This document shows positions 28,476-38,439 of a stretch of 64,000 bases of DNA, piece by piece. The first letter of the stretch is position 1. Each line of letters begins with the position of its first letter. The DNA lies in assembly GCA_031385045.1 (NCBI GenBank), contig JANNBC010000010.1:32001-96000 (forward strand). Reading direction: 5' to 3'. The notes under the pieces were generated by a model. The model did no database searches and had not been told where the DNA came from. It worked only from the letters and a program-made list of their open reading frames with translations. A program made the translations under genes and the position numbers. The stretch comes from a bacterium. GTDB lineage: Bacteria; Bdellovibrionota_C; UBA2361; CALJRW01.

Positions 28476-28688
28476 TATACTAAGCGACATTGAAAATTAC
28501 CAAAAATATAAAGGCGTTTAGTATATTAAATGCAAAGCACTTGAAGCGACCCTTGGGGTCGCTAAGGTACTCAGCCTTATTTTATAAGGCTGAGTACTAG
28601 GGAAGACGAATATACTAAAACCCAAAACACTGAAAAATCTATTAGATTTTTCCAAGCTGTTAGTAAAAAACCAATGGGTTTTAGTATA
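28476..28688. mobile_element. 213-bp composite palindromic element: two TATACTAA...TTAGTATA units plus two internal hairpins
   Basis: Unit A 28476-28525; unit B 28611-28688 with a 14-bp perfect IR; hairpins at 28545-28563 (8 bp) and 28567-28597 (14 bp perfect). Confidence 0.65.
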
Positions 28689-28955
28689 TCTTCTTTTCCC
28701 AAATAGCTTTAGTTAATAGTTCCTATAAATACTACTAGTTAAGTTTTTGAGAAACATTATATCGTGAGCTTAATTATTACTGATGCTTTGATTCCAGTAG
28801 AAATCCAAAAACTTAATAGAGTGGTGTACTTGGCTAGTTTTCATAGTCATTTAGAGGTAGTGTTTTGGCAACATGGCCAGAACTCAAAAATAGTTGCTGG
28901 CCAAACGTTCTTATTATATGTTGATTTATCTATATCTAATGCTTTTTGATGAGTT

Positions 28956-29443
28956 ATGGCAAAGCCTAAATTAATTATTTTACATCGCAGTTTATATGCT
29001 GATTTAAAGCCTACCTACTGTTTTTAGTTAGCCTGATTGCTGCGATTTATTTTACCGCAATTTATCCGCTTGGCATGCAACCGCTAACGCTTTTTGGAAT
29101 GACTTTGGAGTTTTCAGTCTTTTCTTTAATTTCTCTTTTTTGTTTTATCGCTTTAGTTCAAAAGGTTTTAAATTCCAAATACTATATCGGGGATAGTTAT
29201 GTTCGTTCAGTTCATGGACGTTTATCCTTCCAAAGAAAAGATATTCGAATTGATTTTGTTAATATCAAGGGGATTGAAATTAACGCCAGTCTCTATGATC
29301 GAATATTTAACATTGGTACAGTACTGATTGGGAGTAGTACTGGTGGAGGAATTTATGTTAGCTTTGAAAAAGTTAAAAACCCTGGGCGCATTCGTAATCT
29401 AATAGAATCTCAGATGCAACAAAGAATTAATCAATCCTCTTAG
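28956..29443 (+). CDS. Membrane-anchored bacterial PH-domain (bPH_2/YdbS-like) protein interrupted by a -1 frameshift
   Basis: ATG 28956 reads MAKPKLIILHRSLYADLK then stops at 29025-29027. The -1 frame opens at 29003 and continues AYLLFLVSLIAAIYF... into ORF 29075-29443 (RIFNIGTVLIGS). Confidence 0.65.
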
Positions 29444-29451
29444 TTTTAATT

Positions 29452-30597
29452 CTAGAGGATAGTGTCAGTAATAACTTCTTTTTTCACTTGGATTGCTTCT
29501 TTGAAGATGTAGGTAGCGACTGGTAAGCATAAGACTAGCCCCCAGATTCCAAAGAGCTTGCCACTAACGGTCAATAATATTAATACGACAATTGTATTCA
29601 GTCGCAAGTGATGACCAAAGATCCGCGGGTTAATAACATAGGCTTCTAGTAAGTGGATAATCCAAATTAAGGCAATTGTTAAGAGCATTGTTGGGAAACC
29701 GCCCGATTCCAAGGCTAATAAGCAGATTGGTACCGAGCTTAAAAATACTCCAGCAATTGGGATGAAGCTACAGAAGAAAACAATCAAAGAGATAAACGCG
29801 ATTTCTCCGCGAATGTTAATAATCCAAATTCCGATTGCCGTCATTAGAGTATTGAGAATAGCAATGAAGAATTGAGCTTGAAAAGCTTTTCCAAGAGTTT
29901 TCCCAAAGCTATAGATACTATTAGAAACTTCCTCGTAAACAAACCTTAGCTTGGTTTGACGTAAAGAACGTGTGCCTTGGGTTAGTTTTGGTAAGTCCAG
30001 TACAATTAAGAATGAGAAAAGTAGTGATAGTAAAAACGAAGAACTAATTGCTAGAAGGACTGAGCCAATATTCTTCGCTGCATCCAATGACTTTTTTAAA
30101 GAGTTCCCCGGATTCTCTTCGCCGACACCAATTAATGGTTGTAGAAAACTTGCTAAGGTTGAATGTTTGAAGTCCCAATCTGTTTGTTCTGGATCTATCT
30201 GCTGAACGTCAGGTAGGAGTTCTGCAAAGATTGGATAGGTGTTTTTTATTCTGACTAACTCTGCGTCTAAGGTTTTGGCATAGGTTGAAAAGTTATTCAC
30301 AAAGCCAATCGCCTGTTCTTTCACGTTTGGAAAGAACAGTGCTCCAACCATTACAATTAATGATAGAAAAACAATTCCCACTACTGTCACTCTAATCGGG
30401 CGATTACTAATCCAGGGCTTTAGACGATCAACAGCATGGGACTGGATATAAGCAAATATAAACGTTAGGAACATTAATAAGAAAAACGAGCGTAGTAAGA
30501 ATACAATACCAAACAGTCCTCCCCAAACAGTTAGTCGGGATAGAAAAGAAAGAATTAGTTCTGTTTTATTTGTTTTGCTAATGTTTGTTCGTTCCAT
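29452..30597 (-). CDS. AI-2E family transporter
   Basis: Multi-TM; FCSFIPIAG, EAYVINPRIFG, GKLFGIWGLVLCLP. Confidence 0.9.
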   Translation of the reverse strand: MERTNISKTNKTELILSFLSRLTVWGGLFGIVFLLRSFFLLMFLTFIFAYIQSHAVDRLKPWISNRPIRVTVVGIVFLSLIVMVGALFFPNVKEQAIGFVNNFSTYAKTLDAELVRIKNTYPIFAELLPDVQQIDPEQTDWDFKHSTLASFLQPLIGVGEENPGNSLKKSLDAAKNIGSVLLAISSSFLLSLLFSFLIVLDLPKLTQGTRSLRQTKLRFVYEEVSNSIYSFGKTLGKAFQAQFFIAILNTLMTAIGIWIINIRGEIAFISLIVFFCSFIPIAGVFLSSVPICLLALESGGFPTMLLTIALIWIIHLLEAYVINPRIFGHHLRLNTIVVLILLTVSGKLFGIWGLVLCLPVATYIFKEAIQVKKEVITDTIL

Positions 30598-30684
30598 AAT
30601 ATCTTACATTGAAGCATAATATTTTTAATTACAAAAGGTATGCTGTTAGTAAAAAAATCATACTTATAGTAGTACTGCAATTCT

Positions 30685-32235
30685 ATGCAAAATAGTTACG
30701 ATCAACTTATTTACAATAGTTATCCCCGTCCCGAGACGCATCCGGCGCATTTAGCCACGATTGCCGAGCTTCTGGGTCTTACTGCTCCAGCCTTAAAGGC
30801 GATGCGTATTTTAGAGTTAGGTGCTGGAACTGGTGGTAATTTAATACCTTTAGCGGAGCGTTTTCCTGAAAGCTATTTCTTAGGAATAGATTTATCAGCG
30901 AAGCAAGTGGCCTTTGGTCAGAAGCAGATTACGGCTTTAGGTTTAAATAATATTGAACTTCGAGAACAGAGTATTTTAGATTTCCCAGAAGACGCTGGTG
31001 CTTTTGATTATATTATTTGTCATGGTGTTTTTTCTTGGGTTGCTACCGAGGTTCAAGATAAGATTTTAGAAATATTTTCTAAGCATTTAACAACTGAGGG
31101 ATTGGGCTACCTTAGCTATAATACGCTTCCTGGTTGGCGCATTAATGGTGCTGCTCGTGAAATGATGCAATATCATGTCAGTGAAATTGAAACTCCAGAG
31201 GAGCAGGTTCAGCAAGCTAAAGCCTTAGTTCAGTTCTTAGCAAATAGCCAAGTGCTCCCAGATTCGCCATATGCGCAATTTTTGCAACAATTATCTGCCG
31301 AGCTAAAAGATGTACCACCTTATTATTTATTTCATGAGTATTTAGAAGCTGAGAATCAAGCTTTCTATTTCCATGAGTTTATTTCTAAATTGGACGCTAC
31401 CCAATTAGCTTATGTTGGAGATGCTCATTTTGCTTTGATGTCCTTAGTCGATTTACCAGAAGTAACTCAGCAGATTTTAACTGGCTTGGATGATCGTTTA
31501 AAGCTAGAGCAATACTTAGATTTTATTCGTAACCGTAAGTTGCGGGAGAGTATTATTTGTCATGCAGGCCGGGAGATTCAGTCGCCCGTTTCTTTGGGGC
31601 GCATTAAGCAATTATATTGTTCGGCAGATTTAACAATGGTTGAGTCGCTTTTTACAGAGGAGGTGACAGTTTTTAATTCTGAAAATGGTGGTGAGTTAAG
31701 TACGGCGAACCCAGTTACAATTGCAGCTTTAAAAACTTTAAGTGCCATCTGGCCAGAACAACTAAGATTGGATTTGCTAACTCAAAAGGCAGTTGCAGAA
31801 GTTGCTATTTTTATACCTAGTGCTGAGTTACCAGCACTGACTGGGCAGTTCCAAGAAGAAATGTTTTATTACTATTCTGGAAATCTTCTAGATTTTAGAT
31901 CTACTGAGTTTCTTGCTACTCGCCAGATTGACGGCTCTCCCAAGGCTACGCCACTTGCTCGCTATCAGGCTGTTAGGCAGGGTAATGTAACTTCCTTGCG
32001 TCACAAATCCGTTAACTTAGAATCAATTACACGACAGATTTTAACTCTCTTAGATGGCACTCGAGATCGGACCGCAATTTTAGCTGAATTAATTAAATTG
32101 CGAGCCAAGGGAGAACTGTTCTTATTTGCGGAAGGCAAGGATTCTGTTGACGAAGAATTTAAAAGTATCTTAGAAACAATTGTCGATCGAAGTTTAGTAC
32201 TGCTTGCTAAGCATTCCTTTTTGCTGAAAGCCTAG
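30685..32235 (+). CDS. Class I SAM-dependent methyltransferase with methyltransferase regulatory domain
   Basis: YD..Y.S.P...THP, ILELGAGTGGN, FDYIICHGVFSWV, SYNTLPGW, YLFHEYL, EQYLDFIRNR. Confidence 0.87.
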   Translation: MQNSYDQLIYNSYPRPETHPAHLATIAELLGLTAPALKAMRILELGAGTGGNLIPLAERFPESYFLGIDLSAKQVAFGQKQITALGLNNIELREQSILDFPEDAGAFDYIICHGVFSWVATEVQDKILEIFSKHLTTEGLGYLSYNTLPGWRINGAAREMMQYHVSEIETPEEQVQQAKALVQFLANSQVLPDSPYAQFLQQLSAELKDVPPYYLFHEYLEAENQAFYFHEFISKLDATQLAYVGDAHFALMSLVDLPEVTQQILTGLDDRLKLEQYLDFIRNRKLRESIICHAGREIQSPVSLGRIKQLYCSADLTMVESLFTEEVTVFNSENGGELSTANPVTIAALKTLSAIWPEQLRLDLLTQKAVAEVAIFIPSAELPALTGQFQEEMFYYYSGNLLDFRSTEFLATRQIDGSPKATPLARYQAVRQGNVTSLRHKSVNLESITRQILTLLDGTRDRTAILAELIKLRAKGELFLFAEGKDSVDEEFKSILETIVDRSLVLLAKHSFLLKA

Positions 32236-32245
32236 CTTGTCGAGG

Positions 32246-33235
32246 TTACTTAATTCCTGACTTGACTAGAAAATCTATCGCGGGCTTAATTAATTGTTCG
32301 AAAGAATGCTTTAAGTCATCATCAAAAATTCCTGTCGTTAGTCGGTGTCTAAAGACATAAGGGGCTAAGAACTTAAAATCGTCCTCGGTTACATAGTCGC
32401 GATGATTGACGATTGCCCAGGCCAGTAATCCCTTTTGAAAAAGTAAGGCGGATCTAGTTGATAGTCCAAATTGAAAATTAGGATTATTTCTAGAGGCTTG
32501 CGTTACTTTAATGATTGCTTCTTGGATATTTGTACTTATTTTTACCTGAGCAAGTAATGAACGAAGTTTTAAGATCTCATTTCGAGTGCAAACAGGTGAT
32601 AAGTTCTTAGCTTTTTCTTCAATTGAACTATGGACTGTGAGGATTTCTAGTTCCGTTTTTTGATCGACGTAGGTCATCGGCACTTTTAACAAGAAGCGAT
32701 CTAGTTGAACTAAAGGAAGTGGGTAAGTACCAGCAAGGTCTAGGGGATTTTGTGTTCCAATAACAAAAAACAAATCATCTAAGCGGTAAGTTTGATTGTC
32801 AATTGTAACTTGTTTCTCCGCCATACATTCTAAAAATGCAGCTTGGACTTTTGGACCAGTTCGATTGATTTCGTCTGCTAAGACAATATGTGAAAATACT
32901 GGCCCCGCTTGAAATTTGAATTCCGCAGATTTAGGATCGAAAATATTAACACCAAGCACGTCTCCGGGAAGTAAATCGGGAGTAAATTGAATCCGCTTAA
33001 AAGAATGAAGACGGTCATTGCCAGTAGAGTCAATTAATTGACCTAAGGTTTTAGCTAGTGTTGTTTTACCAGAACCTGGATAGTCTTCTAGTAAAATATG
33101 CCCATCAGCAAATAGCGCGGCAAGCACCAGTTTGATAGTTTCTTCTTTGCCTTTGATGATGGAGGAAAGCTCGCTGACTAGTTTATTGCTTATTTCAAAG
33201 GCTTGTTCAAAGCCAAAAGTTTGATGATCATTCAT
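32246..33235 (-). CDS. MoxR family AAA+ ATPase
   Basis: GHILLEDYPGSGKT, RIQFTPDLLPGD, LADEINR, TQNP, GTYPLP..QLDRF. Confidence 0.94.
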   Translation of the reverse strand: MNDHQTFGFEQAFEISNKLVSELSSIIKGKEETIKLVLAALFADGHILLEDYPGSGKTTLAKTLGQLIDSTGNDRLHSFKRIQFTPDLLPGDVLGVNIFDPKSAEFKFQAGPVFSHIVLADEINRTGPKVQAAFLECMAEKQVTIDNQTYRLDDLFFVIGTQNPLDLAGTYPLPLVQLDRFLLKVPMTYVDQKTELEILTVHSSIEEKAKNLSPVCTRNEILKLRSLLAQVKISTNIQEAIIKVTQASRNNPNFQFGLSTRSALLFQKGLLAWAIVNHRDYVTEDDFKFLAPYVFRHRLTTGIFDDDLKHSFEQLIKPAIDFLVKSGIK

Positions 33236-35090
33236 ATTCAGTAAATATTTCTTTAATTAAATTTTTGATCAAGGAAAGATTATCTTTGCCCTGAACTGTT
33301 GTTAAATAATTATTAGGCCCGCGAAGAGTAAGATACTCGGCCTCGCTATCTGAAGTGTAAGTTAATTTAAATTGAGTAGTTTTACCAGAAGCTAAATCAA
33401 AGTTAGTTTGTTCTAGGAGTTTAATTAATTCAGTTGGTAAGCCTTCGCTGTTAACAGGAAACTTTAAATTATTATTTAATATTCCTGCTGGTTGAGTTTT
33501 AAAAAGTTTTTCAATCAAGGCTGGCTGATTGGACTCAGGGCTTATCGGAATTAACTGAGCTAGGGCTTGAGCTTTGAGCGCTTGGTCGAATTCAATTTTT
33601 GGCTCATTAATAACTTGCTGTAGGATTTGTCGCGCTTCTTCTTTAGAACCTGTCTGCGCTAAGTTAAATGCTAGATAGGTTTGATAGTAGAATTTAGCAT
33701 TAGGCCTAGTGTCAAGTTTTTCTTGCGCTGTAATTACACGGCGGGCAGTACTTTTCGGTAGATTTTGAAAATAGAATCCTAAGCTCGGATAATCTAAAAG
33801 ACTATCGGTATGTCTGACATCAAGATCTTCAAATTTATTTAGTACGCTTAGTAATAGTAATTTAGCTTTGCGATTATACCAACTTGCCTGGATAGAATTT
33901 GTAAATATTTTTTTCCAAGTAGCTAGCTTATCTAAAAAAGTTTCTTGGGGAGTAGTTCTTAGTTGGTTATTGTACGCTAATAGGCTTTTAGAATAGTCGC
34001 TATAGATTGCCGATTGCAGGTCGGCGATATCTGTTCCAATGCTTCCAAACCATTGTTGATGTTCAATGGCATTTTGAAGGTGTGTGATGGCGGAAGCGGG
34101 ATCTCCTTGGTAGTAGCGAATTCTTGCTAAAATTAATTCTAGTAGCGATTGATGCTCTTCGTTGTTTTTTAGAGGATATTGAGCAAAGCAGCTTTGAAAA
34201 TTCTTTAAAGCAATTTCAGCGAGCTTCAGGCGTAATCCTTCGATATGGATCACCGCTAGATTTAAACTTGGTAAGATATGTTCGCAGCCATCTGGTAGTC
34301 GGACAGCACTCTCCCAGGAATTGGCGGCCTGGTCTTCTTTAAACAACTCCCGATATACTTCTCCCATGTTATTGAGTGGAGTTGCTGAGCGCCCATAGCT
34401 GCCTAATGATTTTTCAAAATCATAGGCTTTTAAGAGTGTTTGAATACCTTTTTCTTTTTCTCCGATTACAGAATAAAGAATCCCCAGAATATTAAGATTG
34501 TTTCCAATCGCCGAGCCAGCACGAATTCCATTTTTTGCTTCTTCAATTCCTTTCTCTGGTTGTTTTAATTTAAAATAGATCCATGCTCTACTAGATTGCA
34601 AATAAGGATCGCTATAGCCGTAGGATTCATATTCATTAAGATTATCCAAAGCTTGTTGATATAGATCTAAATTCTGTCTCACAGCACCAAGCTGCCTTAA
34701 TATTTCAGAATGGAGTAATTGTTGTCGGTAATCGACGTAAGGAGGTTTGCCAAAATCCTCAAATAATATTTTTTCAGCTTTTTTAAAGTATTTTAAAGCT
34801 AGGCGATAATGACCCACATTGGTCATGTAATAATTTCCTAGCATGTTAAGTGCTAAGATTGAGCGAGGATCTTTTTTTAGAGCGACAGTTAGTTTGCTTC
34901 TTGCTGTAAGTGGTTGGTCGTAGATTAAAACTGAGGCCTCGCGAATTAATGTTTCCACAGACTTTTCTTGATCGTCACGATTGTCAGTTGTTGGATTCAG
35001 ATCGAAAGGATCCCAGAATTCATTGTTACCATTTTGAGCGGAAGCAAATATTGGTAGGAGTAATAAAAAAATTAGAATTATTTTATTCAC
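33228..35090 (-). CDS. Exported tetratricopeptide-repeat protein
   Basis: Signal peptide (ASA-Q); TPR-like helices (ALNMLGNYY, NLNILGILY, PLNNMGEVY). Confidence 0.78.
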   Translation of the reverse strand: MNKIILIFLLLLPIFASAQNGNNEFWDPFDLNPTTDNRDDQEKSVETLIREASVLIYDQPLTARSKLTVALKKDPRSILALNMLGNYYMTNVGHYRLALKYFKKAEKILFEDFGKPPYVDYRQQLLHSEILRQLGAVRQNLDLYQQALDNLNEYESYGYSDPYLQSSRAWIYFKLKQPEKGIEEAKNGIRAGSAIGNNLNILGILYSVIGEKEKGIQTLLKAYDFEKSLGSYGRSATPLNNMGEVYRELFKEDQAANSWESAVRLPDGCEHILPSLNLAVIHIEGLRLKLAEIALKNFQSCFAQYPLKNNEEHQSLLELILARIRYYQGDPASAITHLQNAIEHQQWFGSIGTDIADLQSAIYSDYSKSLLAYNNQLRTTPQETFLDKLATWKKIFTNSIQASWYNRKAKLLLLSVLNKFEDLDVRHTDSLLDYPSLGFYFQNLPKSTARRVITAQEKLDTRPNAKFYYQTYLAFNLAQTGSKEEARQILQQVINEPKIEFDQALKAQALAQLIPISPESNQPALIEKLFKTQPAGILNNNLKFPVNSEGLPTELIKLLEQTNFDLASGKTTQFKLTYTSDSEAEYLTLRGPNNYLTTVQGKDNLSLIKNLIKEIFTEYE

Positions 35091-37279
35091 TTAGATTTAA
35101 TTTGAAAAATTGAATTTGGATTTAGAATCACTAGTATTTTTTGTTTCCTATTTAATGAGTGATAGAAATCTTGCAGTAGCTTTTCCATTGATCGATTCTC
35201 AGGATTAGCTTTCGCGGCATAGATGATTTGATTTAAAACTTTAGCTAGTTCTTGATCGACAACAGGAAAAGAGTTTTGAATTCGAATTAAATAATCCAGT
35301 TTTGTTTCTCCCGATCTAATTGGATAGCCTAAGTCTTGAAGCATTAGGCATAAGGTACGGTAGATTTTTTTTAGCTTATCTTCTGAGTTGCCTGAAAGTT
35401 TCCAGCTAAGTAATAAATATATTTTAATGAGATAGAAGATTAGCAAAATTAGGGAAATGATTAGAAGCACCTTTTTGATTTGAAGATATCCCAATAGTGT
35501 TTCAAAGGTTTTCGATTCTTTTAATTCTGGGTCTAACAATTCATCGTTAATAATTTCTTCGTCGTTACCTAGTGAGTCAATTAAATTATCTAGTAGGCTT
35601 TGATCGACGGGAGTTTCTGCATGGCTCTCAACTTGTTTTGGTTGAGTGTCAAAGGGAACCCAGCCAATTGTATCAATGTAAACTTCAGCCCAAGCATGTC
35701 TGTCACTCATTCGCAGCAAGATATGACCATCCTTTGCTTGACTAAAGTCGGTCATATAGCCAGTCCCAATTCGACTGGGGATTCCTAAGGCGCGAAGTAA
35801 ATAAACTGTGGCATGAGCAAAGTGCACGCAATAGCCACGAAGATCTCCAAATAGAAACTGGGCAGTTGGGTCCTGATCTTTAGTGGTCTCATGATTCGGA
35901 GTTAAGGTATAGATGGCATTGTTATTTAAATAATTAAGTATACTAAGAACCATATCTAAGCGATTGACGGCATTGGTAGTTAGTTTCTCAGCTAGTTCTT
36001 GGTAGCGAGGATCGGCATGCTTTTCTGTATAATGCTCCCAGGTTTTTGAGTCCCAATCTTTTGCCCCGAGTTGTAGTTCTTTAACTTGTTCCACATTGTA
36101 GGTCGGAGCTAAGGAAGTTACTTTATAGGCACCTTTGAAGTTATGATCTTTGTTTTGTAAGCGAAGTGGTCGGATTGTTTTTGGATAATCTAAACCAAAA
36201 GCGAGTTGGTGATCTCCCAGTAAATAAATTTTCTGAACTACTTCTTGGCGGGCACTAGCATTATCTAGTTCAACTTTTCTAACATATGTTTGATATGTTG
36301 AGGTGCGGGGAACATCTAGATCGTATTCTTGGTTTGCAAGTACTAACTCATTTTTTTTAAGCTGGGAGAGTGCTGACTCACGCAAGTACATCATTGGCGA
36401 ATGAGGGTTTAGCAAATAGTCATTTTCTAATCGCACCAAAGCTGCTGGTTGATTAGAGCCTCCTAGGGCAGAATAAAAGTTTAGCGGGCTAACCCCAGAT
36501 TCATTGGAGCTTCCAACTCCATTTTGAACAGCAATTTCGTATTTGCCTTGATGTACATTAAATACGGCATAGGTAATAAGCAGAAAAAAGCCAATGATCA
36601 AAGCAATGCTTCCGAGGTTAAAAAACTTAAAGCGTCGCTCTGTGCGAATTTGGTTAAAGACTAAGTTGGTTTCTTTTTTTTCAATGGAGAGGTTGCCTAG
36701 TAAAAATAGATAAGCAATTAATAAGCTGATTACAGCAAATCCAATCCCTGTAATGATACCTAGTGGTGGAGCGCTTAGTTGCCAAGCAAGGTCATTAACT
36801 ATTTTAATTAAATCAAAGCGATAGTTTTGATGTAAAGAGAAGAAAGTTAAGCAGGCTACTAAGATTAGAAAAACTTCTGCCGTTGCGTAGCTTTTGATCC
36901 TTAAGATTAGGTAGGCTGACCAAAGATTAATGATAAAAATTAAAGCTAGAAGATCTAAATGAGTAAAGATATTAATAAATAAAAATAGGTTAGAACTTGG
37001 TGCTAAAAAATTTAGCAAGTAAAAGCAAAGTTGGTAGGCAATAATTGCTAGAATAGAGATAGTTCCTAATGCTAGTAGCTTCAAGCCTTTTTCTGCAAAG
37101 ATAAATCCAAGCGAAACACCTAGTAAAGAGATTGGTATTACTAAGAATAGGCTGGTATCTAGATTGACAATCTGATTGGTGGCCAGGAGGATGACGCTAA
37201 TTAGTAAGAAGCGTAGGGTAATTAGGAAAATTAACTTTTGATTAAACATATTTACTGATAATTTTATCTGCCCCAGCAA
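35087..37279 (-). CDS. Membrane-anchored transglutaminase-like protein (TgpA-like); start probably at ATG 37249
   Basis: N-terminal TM bundle; catalytic triad motifs GYCVHFA, HAWAEVY, GWVPFD. Confidence 0.88.
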   Translation of the reverse strand: MLGQIKLSVNMFNQKLIFLITLRFLLISVILLATNQIVNLDTSLFLVIPISLLGVSLGFIFAEKGLKLLALGTISILAIIAYQLCFYLLNFLAPSSNLFLFINIFTHLDLLALIFIINLWSAYLILRIKSYATAEVFLILVACLTFFSLHQNYRFDLIKIVNDLAWQLSAPPLGIITGIGFAVISLLIAYLFLLGNLSIEKKETNLVFNQIRTERRFKFFNLGSIALIIGFFLLITYAVFNVHQGKYEIAVQNGVGSSNESGVSPLNFYSALGGSNQPAALVRLENDYLLNPHSPMMYLRESALSQLKKNELVLANQEYDLDVPRTSTYQTYVRKVELDNASARQEVVQKIYLLGDHQLAFGLDYPKTIRPLRLQNKDHNFKGAYKVTSLAPTYNVEQVKELQLGAKDWDSKTWEHYTEKHADPRYQELAEKLTTNAVNRLDMVLSILNYLNNNAIYTLTPNHETTKDQDPTAQFLFGDLRGYCVHFAHATVYLLRALGIPSRIGTGYMTDFSQAKDGHILLRMSDRHAWAEVYIDTIGWVPFDTQPKQVESHAETPVDQSLLDNLIDSLGNDEEIINDELLDPELKESKTFETLLGYLQIKKVLLIISLILLIFYLIKIYLLLSWKLSGNSEDKLKKIYRTLCLMLQDLGYPIRSGETKLDYLIRIQNSFPVVDQELAKVLNQIIYAAKANPENRSMEKLLQDFYHSLNRKQKILVILNPNSIFQIKSK

Positions 37280-38426
37280 TGTAAGAGATTTTAGATTTGT
37301 AAAATAGAAATTTATTCAAAGGAGATATTGGTATTATTGATTTTTTAGAAGTCATAATTAGCACTTTAACGTTTTTAGATTTGCAAAGTGCTAGTAATGC
37401 TTTGCTAATAGGGTTGTTTTCCATCATAAAAACAGCAATTTCTAGGCAACTATGATCTTTGCCCAGTAGCTGCGTAAATTTTATTTTATTCTTTTCCCAG
37501 CTTTGCGGTTCTGCTGACCAGATGTTTGCTAGCAGCAGATCTTTTGCTGCCTCTAAATCGTTTAATGCTGCTGGGTACTTGCCAGAAGAGTCAAAAATAA
37601 ATTCTAAATCTTTCTTCTGGATTTGTTCTAAATAGTTTAGGCAATGACGAGCCAGTTCCGGTTCTTCTTTGCCCGCAAACAAAAAGACAAGAGACTTGCC
37701 TGCTGGCAGGGCTGTATCTTCCGGGTGACGGGCAATTAATTCTTGACTCCGAGCAAAAATCTTCCAGACTATTTTACTAATTCCGTCGCTTGGATGATAT
37801 TTTTTTAAGTCGTAATAATCTCCTAGTTTTTTTTGTGGAATATTAATCCTGTCGCCCGCCGTTAAGCTGGAAAAAACTAATGGTAGTTCTGGTGTAAAGA
37901 GTCTCGGTGGTTCCACTCGAATGGCAGGATAGTCTTGTGGAGTTTGAGTACTAGTAATAGTTGCTAGGTTAAAAAGATCGCTTACTGTAAATTGTATATT
38001 TGCTAATTGCCAGTCGCCATGATGTGGAAAATTTACTTGATACTCAGTGCTAAGTTCTAATTCTTTTGTTTTTAAAACTAGTAGGGGCGGTGAAAATTTA
38101 GAATTTTGAAAATTAAGTTTGATTTTTACCTGACATAAGGGAAAGATTTGTAGATTTTTAATTTTTAACTCTAGATAGGCTGGTCGATCTAGGTATTGAG
38201 TGGCTGTCTTATTTTTTCTAGCTAATTGCAAGTCGAGTTTTCGTTTTAGGATTACAAAGTTTACGATGACGATAGTTGTAATAATTAGAACTAAACCAAT
38301 CAATGAATAAGCAAAAATTGTTGCTAAGAGATCTGTTTTGGCAATTAGGCTTAGACAGTAGCCACTTGCTAAAAGTAAGATTAGGGCATTTAGAGTTAGC
38401 GGAAATAAACGACGGATATTTTTCAT
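37242..38426 (-). CDS. DUF58 domain protein
   Basis: Two N-terminal TM helices; GDYYDLKKYHPSDGISKIVWKIFAR; in an operon with MoxR and transglutaminase. Confidence 0.85.
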   Translation of the reverse strand: MKNIRRLFPLTLNALILLLASGYCLSLIAKTDLLATIFAYSLIGLVLIITTIVIVNFVILKRKLDLQLARKNKTATQYLDRPAYLELKIKNLQIFPLCQVKIKLNFQNSKFSPPLLVLKTKELELSTEYQVNFPHHGDWQLANIQFTVSDLFNLATITSTQTPQDYPAIRVEPPRLFTPELPLVFSSLTAGDRINIPQKKLGDYYDLKKYHPSDGISKIVWKIFARSQELIARHPEDTALPAGKSLVFLFAGKEEPELARHCLNYLEQIQKKDLEFIFDSSGKYPAALNDLEAAKDLLLANIWSAEPQSWEKNKIKFTQLLGKDHSCLEIAVFMMENNPISKALLALCKSKNVKVLIMTSKKSIIPISPLNKFLFYKSKISYIAGADKIISKYV

Positions 38427-38439
38427 TGATAAGAGATAT

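Noticed and set aside
28764..28949. 61-aa ORF in the track
   Set aside because: GTG start, no clear RBS and no recognisable motif; cannot be supported.
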